Shown: piece after piece, positions 1-12,179 of the stretch | How the letters are laid out: every line of letters begins with the position of its first letter | Numbering within the stretch: position 1 is the first letter of the stretch | NCBI GenBank assembly: GCA_964016885.1 | Contig: OZ024752.1 | Coordinates: forward strand, 37,448,001 to 37,512,000 | Direction: 5' to 3' | From: Eledone cirrhosa | Lineage: Eukaryota | Length of the DNA: 64,000 bases | Program-made: the position numbers and the translations under genes | Notes under the pieces: generated by a model | Database searches by the model: none | The model's input: the letters and a program-made list of their open reading frames with translations, nothing else | Told to the model about the DNA's origin: nothing

Positions 1-403
1 TGTTAATAACTATAACAGTTTTTTCTTCACTTTTTTTGCTGCGTATAAATCCAAGATTTGGGAATTTTTTTTTATTTCTTAGTTCCACTATTAACGATAT
101 ATTTATTTATTTAAATGATAAAAATATAAATCACAAAGTAATTCGCGATACACAATTAGTTAGTGCCTTTAAAATATTTAATGAAATGTGTATGACAAAT
201 AGAAATGAACTATTTAGCTTCCTTTTGTCTTTAAATTTTTGTTGTTGTTTTGTTTATTACTATGTGGATTTTTGTTCGGTAAGATTTGGGATCTTTTCCT
301 TGGGAGTTTTGTCATGAACCCATGAAAACATGCTGAGGTTCTGGTCATGACAAACAAAAACAAACAAGATAAACATATATTTTAGGAAATATATCTTAAC
401 TTA

Positions 404-695
404 CGAGGGTCGAGTGAAATGTTAATAGGCTGACCAAGATACTCTCGTAGAATGACCAAATGAGGTTTATTTTTTCTCATAGTCCCTAGAAAGAAACTAT
501 GCAGTTATTATATGAGGGTCGGCTGAAAAGTTCATAGGCTGACCAAGATACTCTCAATGGAATGACCAAATGAGGTTTATTTTTCAACATAGTCACTGAA
601 AATAAACAATGCAATTATTAATAAGAAGAGTTGAAATTAATGTATGCGAGAGTTCACAGCTCTAGCATTAATCTTTCATATTTAGTCCATCCTCG
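404..695. mobile_element. mariner-like MITE with internal duplication
   Basis: ta-CGAGG...CCTCG-ta termini; 5' ~110 bp repeated at 511; same family at 63165-63654. Confidence 0.6.
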
Positions 696-1048
696 TATGT
701 AGTTAAAAATGTAAGATTTTCAGTTAATAATCTCCTATTTAGGTAATAAATAACAAAGATTGGTGTTAATTTAACAAATCTCTATAATAATTGTTTCTAC
801 TTTAGGCGCAAGGCCAGCAATTAGCCAGTACATTACTGGTACTTTATTTTATCGACCCCGTAAAGATGAAAGGCAAAGTTAACCTCGGCGGGATTTGAAC
901 TCATCTCTATAATAATAATAATTGTATTCGATCTTTGTCCGCCTGACACACAAACGCTAGGCTCTCACAAGAGGTTCTAAGATTTTTATTTAGAATTCAT
1001 AGCTAATAGTTAGTGTGGTGGGTACAAATAATCTGTCTCCCTCACACA

Positions 1049-1405
1049 TCTATAGTAATAAATGCGATTTTCTGTGTGTGTGACCGAATGGTTTTGGTCA
1101 ATACAGGGTGTCCCAAGTCATTTCAAATTATAATATATATAAAAGTGTCTGGTGACTTTTAGTCTGCCCAGTATAAGTATTGTATTTAATTATTAAAGTA
1201 AATAAACTGCAGTCTCAAATATAACCACTTTTTTAATGACACTCCACCCATTACTGACCCCTATCTTTTTCAACTATAACCATCTCACATTTATTTTTTA
1301 AATGTCCCAACCATGACCATTCAGTAGAATTCTCATTATTCTCATTCAAACAAAATGGCCAAATCCTGTATATTATTTCCTGGGCAATGCTGGGCAGTTA
1401 ACTAG
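1049..1405 (+). mobile_element. Non-autonomous Helitron-like element
   Basis: a|TC start, degenerate GC hairpin cctgggcaatgctggg, CTAG|t end; similar end at 28840-28870. Confidence 0.5.
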
Positions 1406-2233
1406 TTATTATCAAAAATAAAAACTGGTGTATTGGCAGTATCGGTAGAGAGTCAGATGCCATGCTTTGCAGCATAGAGTTACGGCCCTTTACGATCTGA
1501 GTTCAAATCCCACTGAGCTTAACTTTGCTTTTCATCCGTATGGGGGAGGGGTCGATAAAATAAAGTATCAGTAATGTACTGGGATAATTTCTGGCCTTGT
1601 GCCAAAAGTAGAAACGATTATTAAAAATAAAAAATTATAAAAGAACAAACAATTTCAACTGTGATATCTTAACACTAAAAACAACAACAACAACACAATC
1701 CTTAATTGAAATTGTAGTTGAACTAATAGTTTTAGGAAACAATGGTAATTAAATGTTTAATTTGTGTGTCTTTCAGACATATTGTTCATGTGAATCTATG
1801 TTCTTAGTGTAGAATTTACTGATGGCTGAGTTGAGAGGTCAGGGGCTTCTGTCTTGACACTGACATTGCGCTATGACTAATCAAAAGAGAGCCCCTTAAT
1901 GGTAACCCCTAAGCAAGCAATGAGAGGTGTAATAGTTCACTATTGAAAGCTGTGCTTGCTGCTAACAAATGTTAACTGACAATGTTGTGTTCAAGCCCTC
2001 TCTAGCAGGCCTGAGAAAATACTACAACCATCATCATCATCTCTGTTTAACATCTATTTTCCATGCTTGCATGAGTTAAACAACTGTCACATGCTGGGAC
2101 CAGTCTGTTCAGCTGACTAGGTCCTGCTCAGACACTTTATTTTGGCTTGATTTAAAATAATAATGAAATTATTGTGTACAGTGCTCAGGTGCACTACAAC
2201 TCATCAAAGGTGCATGTATAGTACATAGAATAA

Positions 2234-2835
2234 TTTCTATGGCTAATGCCAACCACTTTACAGTGTGTACTGGGAGCATGGTTTCTATAGCTAGATATCC
2301 TTCCTAACAAACCACTTTACAGAGTGTACTAGATGCATGGTTTCTATGGCTGGATGTCCTTCCTAACACCAACCACTTTATAGCAAGTACAGAGACATGG
2401 TTTATATGACTGGATGCTTTTCCTAATGCCAACCACTTTACAGAGTGTACTGGGAGCACGGTTTCTATGACTGGATGTCCTTCCTAACACCAACCACTTT
2501 ATAGCAAGTACAGAGACATGGTTTCTATGACTGGATGCTTTTCCTAATGCCAACAACTTTACAGAGTGTACTGGGAGCACGGTTTCTATGACTGGATGTC
2601 CTTCCTAACACCAACCACTTTATAGCAAGTACAGAGACATGGTTTCTATGACTGGATGCTTTTCCTAATGCCAACCACTTTACAGAGTATACTGGGAGCA
2701 CGGTTTCTATGACTGGATGTCCTTCCTAACACCAACCACTTTATAGCAAGTACAAAGACATGATTTCTATGACTGGATGCTTTTCCTAATGCCAACCACT
2801 TTACAGAGTGTACTGGGAGCATGATATGACTGGAT
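2234..2835. repeat. Minisatellite of alternating 60/61-bp units (121-bp higher-order repeat) derived from the SINE/RTE tail
   Basis: ggtttctatgactggatg...ttcctaa..ccaaccacttt units alternate between two variants; period 121 (2460, 2581, 2702). Confidence 0.9.
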
Positions 2836-3153
2836 GATGAATTCTCTGTTGGTTTCAATGATGAGCATTCAGTTGTTTGATCAAATGAATTAATAAGTAG
2901 CTGAGTATTTCACAGACACATCTACCCTTAACATAACACAGTTCACATCAGTGTACCTGCCACCACTACAGTTCATTGATGTATCCACCCATCACAACAG
3001 TCACATATCTAATATTGTAATAATTGTTTCTACTTTTGGCACAAGGCCAGCAATTACCCAGTACATTACTGGTACTTTATTTTATCGACCCCCGTATTGT
3101 AATAATGTCATATTTCTCTTACTGTTTTTTTTTCTTTCTTTTCTCTCCCAAAG

Positions 3154-3212
3154 GTGTTAGAAGACTGCTGTAAAAAACAAGGATTTTTACCCCCTGAAGA
3201 TTATACTCTTAT
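3154..3212 (+). CDS. ASPSCR1: ASPSCR1 exon, UBL1 (VLEDCCKKQGFLPPEDYTLM)
   Basis: Pyrimidine tract + aag acceptor, gtaagt donor, phase 0 to 2; resembles human VLEDTCRRQDFNPCEYDLK. Confidence 0.9.
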
Positions 3213-4035
3213 GTAAGTTCTCACCAATATAATCATCTTCATCATCATTTATTATTTTAAACCGACCCCAGTACTGGTGCTTTTTTTATCGACTCCGAAT
3301 GGATGAAAGACAAGTTGATCTTAGCAGGATTTGAACTCAGAAAGCCAGAATAAATACAACAAAGCATTCTAACAACTCTGCCAATTTTCTGCCTATATAC
3401 AATTATATTCACAGTTAAAGATATAGCATGCATTTCATCCCTTATTAAATGATTAGTGTTTACTCTTTTATCTTTATTATTATGCATTCATTACAAATAA
3501 AGTACCAGTAATGCACTGGGTAATTGCTGGCCTTGTGCCTAAAGTAGAAACAATTAGTATGCATTCATTACATAAGGGCAGGGGATTGGCAGAATCTGTA
3601 GAGCATCAGACAACATGCTTTGTGACATAGAGTTATGGCCCTTTACCTTCTGAGTTCAAATATTGGTTTGGTAACAAAAAGAGTTAAAGGACTACTTTTG
3701 ACTATCCAAATAAATCCCTTCCTTAAATGAAACTTATTTTAGCCACCATGTAGCAGATGACTTTCAGTTCAAATCCCACCGAGGTTAGCTTTGCCTTTCA
3801 TCGTTAATGGGTCTATAAAATAAAGTACCAGTAAAGCACTGGGGTCGAAATCATCAACTTTCTCCTGCCCTTCAAATTGTTGGCCTTGTGCCCAACATAG
3901 AAACAATTATTAATCTTTACATGTTCAACCCTTGCTAGCAAAAAAAGCAGATATTAAATGGTTATTGTGGCAGCGACAGTTGCTTTTGTTGTTGTTTCTT
4001 TTTAACATTTTTTTTTCTTTCTTGTAAATTTTCAG

Positions 4036-4251
4036 GCATGGCCGAACAGTTCTAGATTTAACCTTGTCCATACGATATTTAAATCTAACAAACAATGCTA
4101 AACTAGAATTAGTGAAAACAACAACACCTCGAAAAGAATCCGAAATTTTAGTTGCCTTACAACTGTCTGATGGTACACGACTTCAGAAAAGTTTTTTACC
4201 TCAAGTAACATTATGGGAAATAATACAATATTGGCAGAAGGAAGCAAAAAG
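4036..4251 (+). CDS. ASPSCR1: ASPSCR1 exon, UBL1/UBL2 (HGRTVLDLTLSIRYLNLTNNAKLEL...LWEIIQYWQKEAK)
   Basis: ttcag acceptor, gtgagc donor, phase 2 to 2; strong TUG similarity; overlaps ORF 4064..4255. Confidence 0.95.
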
Positions 4252-5720
4252 GTGAGCCGGTGTTTTCTTTGTCAGACACATTGTATCTAACACAACATAA
4301 CTCAGTGTCTTTTTTCATAAGATGGTAGTGTGATATAAGGGAGAGTTAACTTGAATATAAGCCAATCCAAATAAGCTGATTTCCCCTATATTATGTCTGA
4401 GAAATAGGCAAAAGTTTAAACCCTATTTATAAACCGAGGCAGCTAATCAACATATCATTTAGATGGCATATCAAGCCAACCTCCTCATTTTAACATCAAT
4501 TTTATTTTTTTGTCATATATTCCTTGGCTTAGTAAGGGCATCCAGCTGTAGAAATCAAGCCAGAATCAGTTCCCGTATGAGCAAGACAAGGTCAGCCGAC
4601 CGGACACAACCCACATTAGGACAACCCGTCTAACCCATGCTATAGCGTGGAAGAACGGACGTAAAACGGTGATGATGATGATGATATGGACCAAATATTT
4701 ATCAAAATAACAGATTAAAGTTTAAGCAAAGAATCGCTGCTTTCACCCTTAACAGGATCTTCTGAATATTTTTTTTTTTTAGTTTCAGAAGATCCCGTGA
4801 AGGGTGAAAGCAGTGATTCTTTGCTTAAACTTTAATCTGTTATTTTAATAAATATTTGGTCTAAGGTTTTTATATATATTTACATATATATAATCCTTAT
4901 CGAGCCCTCTTCGGATTTTAGTCTTCACATTTATTATTATTACTATATATATATATATATTAAAGATTTCAATCTTTAATATCATCATCATCATCCTCGT
5001 TTAACGTCCACTTTCCACACTCGCATGGGTTAGAAGGGAGTTGTCCCACTTGAGGCAAGGTTGGTCGGGTGACCGTGTCGTGCTTATATAGGACTATCTG
5101 GCAGGTTTTCTACGGCTGGATGCCCTTCCTAACACCAACCACATTTACAGTGTGGAACTGGGAACTGTTTACCATGTTACCTACACGGCCACATTACAGC
5201 GTGGACTGTGTTTCTTTTCTCGTGACACCTACACGATCTCGATCTATATATATTTATATATTTTAAAGACTTCAATTATTACTTCCGACTTATATTTCAG
5301 AAAACCTTTTGTTGTGTACAAATGAGTTGTCTGTATAATTTCAGACTTTGTACGTAACTTCTATTAATAAATAATAATAATGAAATTATTGTGTACAGTG
5401 CTCAGGTGCACTACAACTCATCAAAGGTGCATGTATAGTACATAGAATAATGTACAAATGTCAGGAAAATGAACAGTGTATGAGTCATGATACAATAATA
5501 ATAACAATAATGAAATATTGTGTACAGAGCCCAGGTGCACCACAACTCATCAAAAAAGTGCATGTACAGTACATAGGGCAATGCACAAACATCAGTAAAA
5601 TGAACAGTGCACGAGTCATGATACACACGTGTGCATGGAAGGGGTACATCAGGTGTAGTTTCTAGAAAATCTTTACAATCTACAAGTTCTTGTACATTCT
5701 TTTAATCATTCTATTTACAG

Positions 5721-5805
5721 CTCTTTACAACCATTTTTGACGACAGAAGTTGATTTGCGCAGATCATCATGTATGCACCCAGTTTGTATATATTTGAGAG
5801 AAGAG
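5721..5805 (+). CDS. ASPSCR1: ASPSCR1 exon (SLQPFLTTEVDLRRSSCMHPVCIYLREE)
   Basis: ttacag acceptor, gtcagt donor, phase 2 to 0; PVCIYLREE resembles human PVCVYTRDE. Confidence 0.9.
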
Positions 5806-6786
5806 GTCAGTGTGAACTTTTAAGTTACTTATTATAATAATAATTGTTTCTACTTTTGGCACAAGGCCAGCAATTACCCAGTACATTACTGGTACTTTAT
5901 TTTATCGACCCCGTAAGGATGAAAGGCAAAGTTAACCTTGGTGGGATTTGAACTCAGACCGTAAAGGGACGTAACTACGCTGGAAAGCATGGCGTCCGAC
6001 TCTCTACCGATACTGCCAATTCACCGCCCTATTATAATAATAATAATAATAAATCCAGTACATTCTGTAAAGTGTTAGGGCTAGTGCCATAATAAAATAC
6101 ACCCAGTACACTTTGTAAAGTGTTAGGATTGGTGCCATGAGAAAATGTACCCAGTGCAATCTAGAAGATGTTTGGCATTAGAAAGGGCACCCAGCTGTAG
6201 AAATAATGCCCAAAATGGAACATACGAATAAGAAGAGATCTTCCCTACCTTGTCTAGTCTCACACCACGACAACGAATGGAAATCATCATCATCATCATT
6301 TAACGTCCACTTTCCCTGCCAGCAAGGGTTGGACAGGTCTTCGTAGACCAAGTCAGTACTGATGTAGGACTACAGGCCAAGAGTTCTTTATTTCACTTAT
6401 GTAAGGTCATATATTCTATCAAGTACACAGGAGAAGTTTTTTGTCTTTTGACACAAACTGAAGGGTCGTCCCATCATCATCAACACCGTTTAACATCCAT
6501 TTTTCATGCTAGCATGGGTTAGACAAGTTGTCCCATTGTGGGATAAGTCAGAATAGGTGACTGTGTCTTGCTAATACAGAACTGCTTCTGGCTTGGTTTC
6601 TACGGCTGAATGCCCTTCCTAATGCCAACCACATTTACAGTGTGGACTGGGTGCTTTTTGTCCCAGCGAATGTAAAATGATGATGATGATGATATTTCTA
6701 TGAAATTGTAAATTCAATTTAGTCAAACTGTTATTTTATGAGGTATTCTATCGTTTATGATATGTATTTTTATTTTTACTATTTAG

Positions 6787-6860
6787 ATTGCTGGGGAACT
6801 GGCTTTGAAAAACACACCTTTACGGAAATTAGGACTTACTGGAGGCAAAGCAGCTTTACG
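6787..6860 (+). CDS. ASPSCR1: ASPSCR1 exon (IAGELALKNTPLRKLGLTGGKAALR)
   Basis: tttag acceptor, gtaatt donor, phase 0 to 2; conserved LGLTGG. Confidence 0.93.
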
Positions 6861-7254
6861 GTAATTGAATAAAGATTATTCATTTTTTAAACACCCAGTA
6901 CACTCTGTAAAGTGATTAATCATAGAAAAGGTATCCAATCGTAGAAAACCTGCCAAACATTTGATCGAGAGGGCTCTTCAGCTTTGTCAAAAGATATGAC
7001 AATCTCCCTAGTGTTGATGTTTTATTACAGAAAGGGATGTAAATTTATTGTGGTGACCCTAAATACGAGTAATAAATGTTATCAGCATCATTTTATAATG
7101 TTGTTGCTATGTGCTTTCATGTGGATTTGTTGTACACTGCAAGTTAGTGAGTTCAAATTGTGTAGATGGATAAATGGATACATCAGGATCCCTATAAGAA
7201 CCTTATATTTTACTTTCTTCATTTTGCTTACTTTTATAATTATTGTTATTACTA

Positions 7255-7465
7255 CATCATCATCATCATTTTACGTCCGCTTTTCCCTGCTTGCAAGGGT
7301 TGGACGGGTCCTATTCAACACAGCATCTCTCCACTTGTCACGGTCTTTCGTCATCTCCTCGGTGAGTTTCAGTGATCTGAGGTCTCCTCTCACCACATCC
7401 GCCCATGTTTTTCGCGATCTACCTCTACTGCGTCTTCCTTCTACTGGTATTTCTTGGTACTTCTT
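7255..7465 (-). mobile_element. RTE-clade LINE 3' end fragment
   Basis: Encodes VEGRRSRGRSRKTWADVVRGDL...DRDKWR, typical of the RTE C-terminus, followed by a (ATG)n tail. Confidence 0.85.
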
Positions 7466-7914
7466 TATATATATATACATGCCAGAAGCAGTCCTATATG
7501 AATGAGACATGGTCGCCTGACCCAACTTGCCTCTAAATGGGACAAACCCACCTAACCCATGTTAGCGTGAAAGGTGGACGTTAAACAATGATGATGATGA
7601 TGATATATGCCAGAAACAGTCCTATATGAGCAAGACACGGTCACCCGACTCAACTTTCCTCTAAATAGAACAAACCTGTCTAACCCATGTTAGCATGAAA
7701 GATGGACGTTAAACGATGATGATGATGATATATGCCAGATATGAGCAAGACACGGTTACCCGACTCAACTTTCCTCTAAATAGAACAAACCTGTCTAACC
7801 CATGCTAGCATGAAAGATGGACATTAAATGATGATGATGCTATGTAATTGAAGTATATAGGAAAGTATATACATGTGTTAATCTGTAATTGGCTTCTTTA
7901 TATTTTCTCTCCAG

Positions 7915-8173
7915 GTTGGTTCACAGAGAAATCGATAATGCCACTTTTGCTCAAATTAAAAAGAAGATTGATTCGGAAGCCACCAAGAATATGAAACTAG
8001 AAGAAATAGCAGCCAGACATTTAATAGAAGAACAAAGTATGAAAACCAAGGAAGCTGTCCCTGGGGCTGATAACAGTACTTCTGAAATCTTTATGGAAAC
8101 ATCTGAAGAGTATGGAGGGAACGTTAGTTATGAACAGAAGAGGGGGACACAGTATAATAAACAGCAGAAAAGT
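7915..8173 (+). CDS. ASPSCR1: ASPSCR1 exon, duplicated cassette copy 1 long exon (LVHREIDNATFAQIKKKIDSE...KQQKS)
   Basis: ctccag acceptor, gtaagt donor, phase 2 to 0, open frame. Confidence 0.85.
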
Positions 8174-8319
8174 GTAAGTATGGAAGTTGACGTTTTTGAA
8201 AACAGATCAAATCTATCGCACATAATGGGCAGTGCCCCAACATGGCCACATCCCATGAGTTTGGATCTAGTGAAAGAGAAAATGAGTATACAATACATAC
8301 ATGTGTGCACCTACACTCA

Positions 8320-8710
8320 TGTGTACACTGCACTCACACACATATACACACACACACTCATATGTACACTGCACTCACACACATATACACACACACTCGT
8401 GTACACTGCACTCACACACATATACACACACATATGTACACTGCACTCACACATATGTACATTGCACTCATACACATACACACACTCGTACACTGCACTC
8501 ACACACACATGTACACACACACTCATATGTACACTGCACTCACACACACTCATATGTACACTGCACTCACACACATACACACACACTCATATGTACACTG
8601 CACTCATACACACACTCACATGTACACTGCACTCACACTCATATCTACACTGCACACTCACACTCCAACACTCATATCTACACTGCACACTCACACTCAC
8701 ACACATATAC
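8320..8710. repeat. CA-rich compound minisatellite (tgtacactgcactcacac...)
   Basis: Directly visible; source of His/Thr/Tyr ORFs. Confidence 0.9.
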
Positions 8711-8882
8711 AGCAATATGTTTACCCTTTGCAGTTGATCAGCGCTTGTTTTCATATGAGGGGCACATGGAGCACAGAAGGTTCTGAGCCACTGGATTAAT
8801 GAAATTAACTCCCTTTCTATGTAGTGCACCTGAGCACTGTACACAATAATTTCATTATTATTATTATTATTATAACTACTAA

Positions 8883-9075
8883 GGGCGGTGAATTGGCAGT
8901 ATCGGTAGAGGGTCGGACGCCATGCTTTCTAGCATAGTTACGTCCCTTTACGGTCTGAGTTCAAATCCCGCCGAGGTTGACTTTGCCTTTCATCCTTACG
9001 AGGTCGATAAAATAGAGAACCAGTAATGTACTGGGTAATTGCTGGCCTTGTGCCAAAAGTAGAAACAATTATTAT
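8883..9075 (+). mobile_element. SINE family A, full-length representative (tRNA-like head, Meta/MESC-like core, ATT tail); many further copies across the window
   Basis: B-box GAGTTCAAATCC, core GCCTTTCATCC...GTCGATAAAATA, flanking direct repeat attataactactaa; clusters at 15035-15465, 20195-20610, 48860-50170, 57840-59050. Confidence 0.85.
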
Positions 9076-9189
9076 TATTATTATTATTATTATAACTACT
9101 AATTTATGTCCAACAATTTTTATATTTCCTAATTTCAATATTTTCTCTTTGTTTTTATTTATTTAGAATATTATGATTTCTTCTTTCAG

Positions 9190-9218
9190 TTCCAAGAAAG
9201 AAATGTTGCCAAAGAGGG
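9190..9218 (+). CDS. ASPSCR1: ASPSCR1 29-nt microexon, cassette copy 1 (FQERNVAKEG)
   Basis: tttcag acceptor, gtaagt donor, phase 0 to 2 bridges neighbours in frame. Confidence 0.75.
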
Positions 9219-10047
9219 GTAAGTGTAGAATTAATACTAACTTTTATATGTCAGGTATTTATTATTGAATCAGGGTCAGTGACAATACCTATCATCAAAG
9301 TTTTAGACAGTTGCTACACCTGAATGCTAAGAAAGATAAAAATCATCAAACTTCTTGAACCATGTTACAAACAAATTTCTCTACAGTAACCCCCTCACAC
9401 ACACACACACCTATTAGCCATACCATCTGTATCAGGTAACTTCAATTTGCAGATCTTGTCATGAGAGGCAACAAACCTGCTACAAAACCTTTACTATGGG
9501 AGCCCACTAATGTGAGATGCAAACAGGAACACCTGTCAAGACATTAAAGGGAGTCATTAAGGAAGATACAGAATTATTTGGTGAAGAACTGAGGCAGTTA
9601 ATGTTGGATTGTGTGAAATAGAAGTGATTTAATTTAGTAGAAGTAGTAATATTTATTATAGAAGCATATTTGGTTGCTAATACAGTAGATTGTGAAGTTT
9701 AAGTGCTGAAATCAATGTATAACTTCAAACCCTACTACATCGTTCATTATATTCGCCAACACTACACCTGATATTCCCTCTCCATATGCCTGCACGCATG
9801 TGTTTGTGTGTATATCATGACTCATACACTGTTCACTTTCCTGGTATATGCACAATATTCTATGTACTATACATGCACCTTTGATGAGTTGTTGTGCACT
9901 TGAGCACTGTACACAATAATTTTCATTATTTTTATTTTTATATTGTGCTGCTCAAGACAACATACATAACTATTGTCTTAAGAATCTAATAGAACTAACT
10001 ATTTTATGGTTTAGCCAGTGACTAACTTCTCTATATTTTCTGTCTAG

Positions 10048-10339
10048 GCAAGTTCACAGAGAAATTGATGAAAAAACCGATGTTCAAATCAAACAGAAAA
10101 TGGATCGAGAAACCAGGAAAAAGATGAAGTTAGATGAGCTGGAAAAAACGAAAAACGAAAAAGAAACTGTTAGTGATACTGATAGCAGCTCTTCCCATAC
10201 CATGATGGAAATATCTAAAGATTCACCAGCTTCAGAAAACCTGCCAAATGTACAGCTCTCAGAATATGAGAGAAACCGCAGTTCTCAACAGAAAATTATA
10301 CAGACTGATCAACAGGCAAAAGTTGAAGAACAGCAAAAA
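10048..10339 (+). CDS. ASPSCR1: ASPSCR1 exon, duplicated cassette copy 2 long exon (QVHREIDEKTDVQIKQKMDRE...EEQQK)
   Basis: tctag acceptor, gtaagt donor, phase 2 to 0, open frame; paralogous to 7915-8173. Confidence 0.8.
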
Positions 10340-10370
10340 GTAAGTATGGAATATTAGATTTTTGAAAATA

Positions 10371-10728
10371 CAGTGTACCCCCTGGCATTCATGGTCCTGG
10401 TTCTTCACGGAATTTTCTTTACAGCCTAACTAATAATTGTTTGCAGAAACCACCTCATATTTGCGGAATTGTAAATATCTTTCCCAATTTTTTTAATGCC
10501 TTTTTTCATGGCAATATATATATTTTTTTAACACTAAATTATTAAGAACACTATACCATATTTACCAGCCTATTGGACGCCCCTTTACATTAAAAGCTCC
10601 CTCTTTTTTTTATTATATTTTACATTATATTTTGACATTCACAGGCATTTTTAGGGACCTCGTCCAATATTCGCGGTTTTTTGCTCTTCGCAGGTGCTCT
10701 AGGAGTGTAACCCCCAGGGGAACAACTG
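10371..10728. mobile_element. Tc1/pogo-like MITE
   Basis: ta-CAGTGTACCCCCTGG...CCAGGGGAACAACTG-ta imperfect TIRs. Confidence 0.55.
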
Positions 10729-10780
10729 TACATATATAAACACGTGGGTAATGGCACTAGGGAAAAGAATATACATACAT

Positions 10781-11130
10781 GGAGGCACATGGCTTAGTGT
10801 TTAGAGCATTAGCCTTGCAATCGAAAGGTTGTGAGTTCAATTCTCAGACCGGGTGATGTGTTGTTTCCTTGAGCAAGACACTTTATTTCACATTGCTCCA
10901 GTTTACTCAGCTGTAGAAATGAGATGATAGGGACTGAGGTCCCTATCATTCCACTGTAAAGTGGTCGTGGACGTGCCACGGCAAAAAAAGCACCCAGCAC
11001 TCACTGTAAATGAGGTTGGTGTTAGGAAGGGCATCCAGCTGTAGAAATCAAGCCAGAATCAGTTCCCGTCCCACCCTTGCAAGCAGGGAAAAAGCGGACG
11101 TAAAAATGAAATGATGATGATGATGATGAT
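10781..11130 (+). mobile_element. SINE family B representative (tRNA-like head, CCTTGAGCAAGACACT domain, hairpin, RTE-derived tail); about 10 near full-length copies
   Basis: A-box TGGCTTAGTG, B-box GAGTTCAATTCT; copies at 17450(+), 27721(+), 28996-29347(-), 37331(+), 50938(+), 54577(+), 55277-55635(-), 55654(+), 57284-57677(-). Confidence 0.9.
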
Positions 11131-12150
11131 ACATTGTCGTTTTACTGTCCGCTTTCCCTGCTAACAAGGGTTGGACATTTATATTTATGTGTGTGTATTG
11201 TGGGGAATTTAGATTAATTTGATGCCATAAGCACAGAAGCCAACTCTAATTTTTGATCTTGCCTCCAATAGAACTGCTCAATGGCAGCAATATCATGTGC
11301 ATGGAAAATTTGCTTCGGAGCACAGCATAGTGATTCACTTATAGGAAAGTGACACCCAAATAGAATGAACAGGTAGATAACATCATCATCATCATCATCA
11401 CCGTTTTACGTCCGTTCTTCCACGCTAGCATGGGTTAGACGGGTTGTCCTGTTGTGGGCAGTGTCTGGTCGGCTGACCATGCCTTGCTCATACAGGAACT
11501 GATTTGGCTTGATTTCTACAGCTGGATGCCCTTCCTAACACCAACCACATTTACAGTGTGGACTGGGAGCCTTTTTACTGTTCCCTACACGGCCACATTA
11601 CAGCGTGGGCTGTGTGTTTTTTTGTTGTGACATCTACACGACAACTTTATATATATATATATAACGAAGGAAATGCGGTAAGGAACCAGGTGGACCATAA
11701 TGCACCAAAATACTCAATACTTAGGGTAGTAGAGTGGGTAATAGGGACGAGTAGGACCCCGACGGCTGAGCTCAAGCCGTTTCGACGGCCATTCTGGACT
11801 AAAATCTATATATATATATCTATATATATTAGGAAAATAAGAAAAACAGTAGGAAATATGATTAAAAAGTGTATAATAAAATTAACATGTATAAGAAAAC
11901 GTAGTTTACATGCATTTAAAAGAGTTCTCATTTTTGTTTATCTCTTTCTCTCTCTCTCTCCCTGTCTGTCCTCCTATATATATATATATATTTCAATTCT
12001 TCTGTATTACCACCACCACATTATGAGACAATTCTAGTCAGGTGACCAATGCTGGATGTCCTTCCTATACATAACAATTTTTATGTTTTCTAATTTTAAT
12101 AGTTTTCTCTTTATTTCTAATTATTCAAATATTATGATTTCTTCTTCCAG

Positions 12151-12179
12151 CTCCAAGAAAAGAATTTTGCCCAAGGAAA
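12151..12179 (+). CDS. ASPSCR1: ASPSCR1 29-nt microexon, cassette copy 2 (LQEKNFAQGK)
   Basis: ttccag acceptor, gtaagt donor, phase 0 to 2; paralogous to 9190-9218. Confidence 0.75.

Noticed and set aside
36-317. 93-aa ORF and search for the ASPSCR1 first exon in 1-3150
   Set aside because: AT-rich non-ATG ORF with no similarity; no PNGRR-like UBL1 start found, so the first exon is probably upstream of the window.
8174-8799. His/Thr/Cys-rich extension of ORF 7889..8737 and overlapping ORFs
   Set aside because: A strong gtaagt donor at 8174 ends the exon; the rest is CA-rich repeat.
10781-10855. tRNA genes at SINE B heads
   Set aside because: A/B boxes are present but there is no complete cloverleaf or terminator, and each continues into the SINE body.
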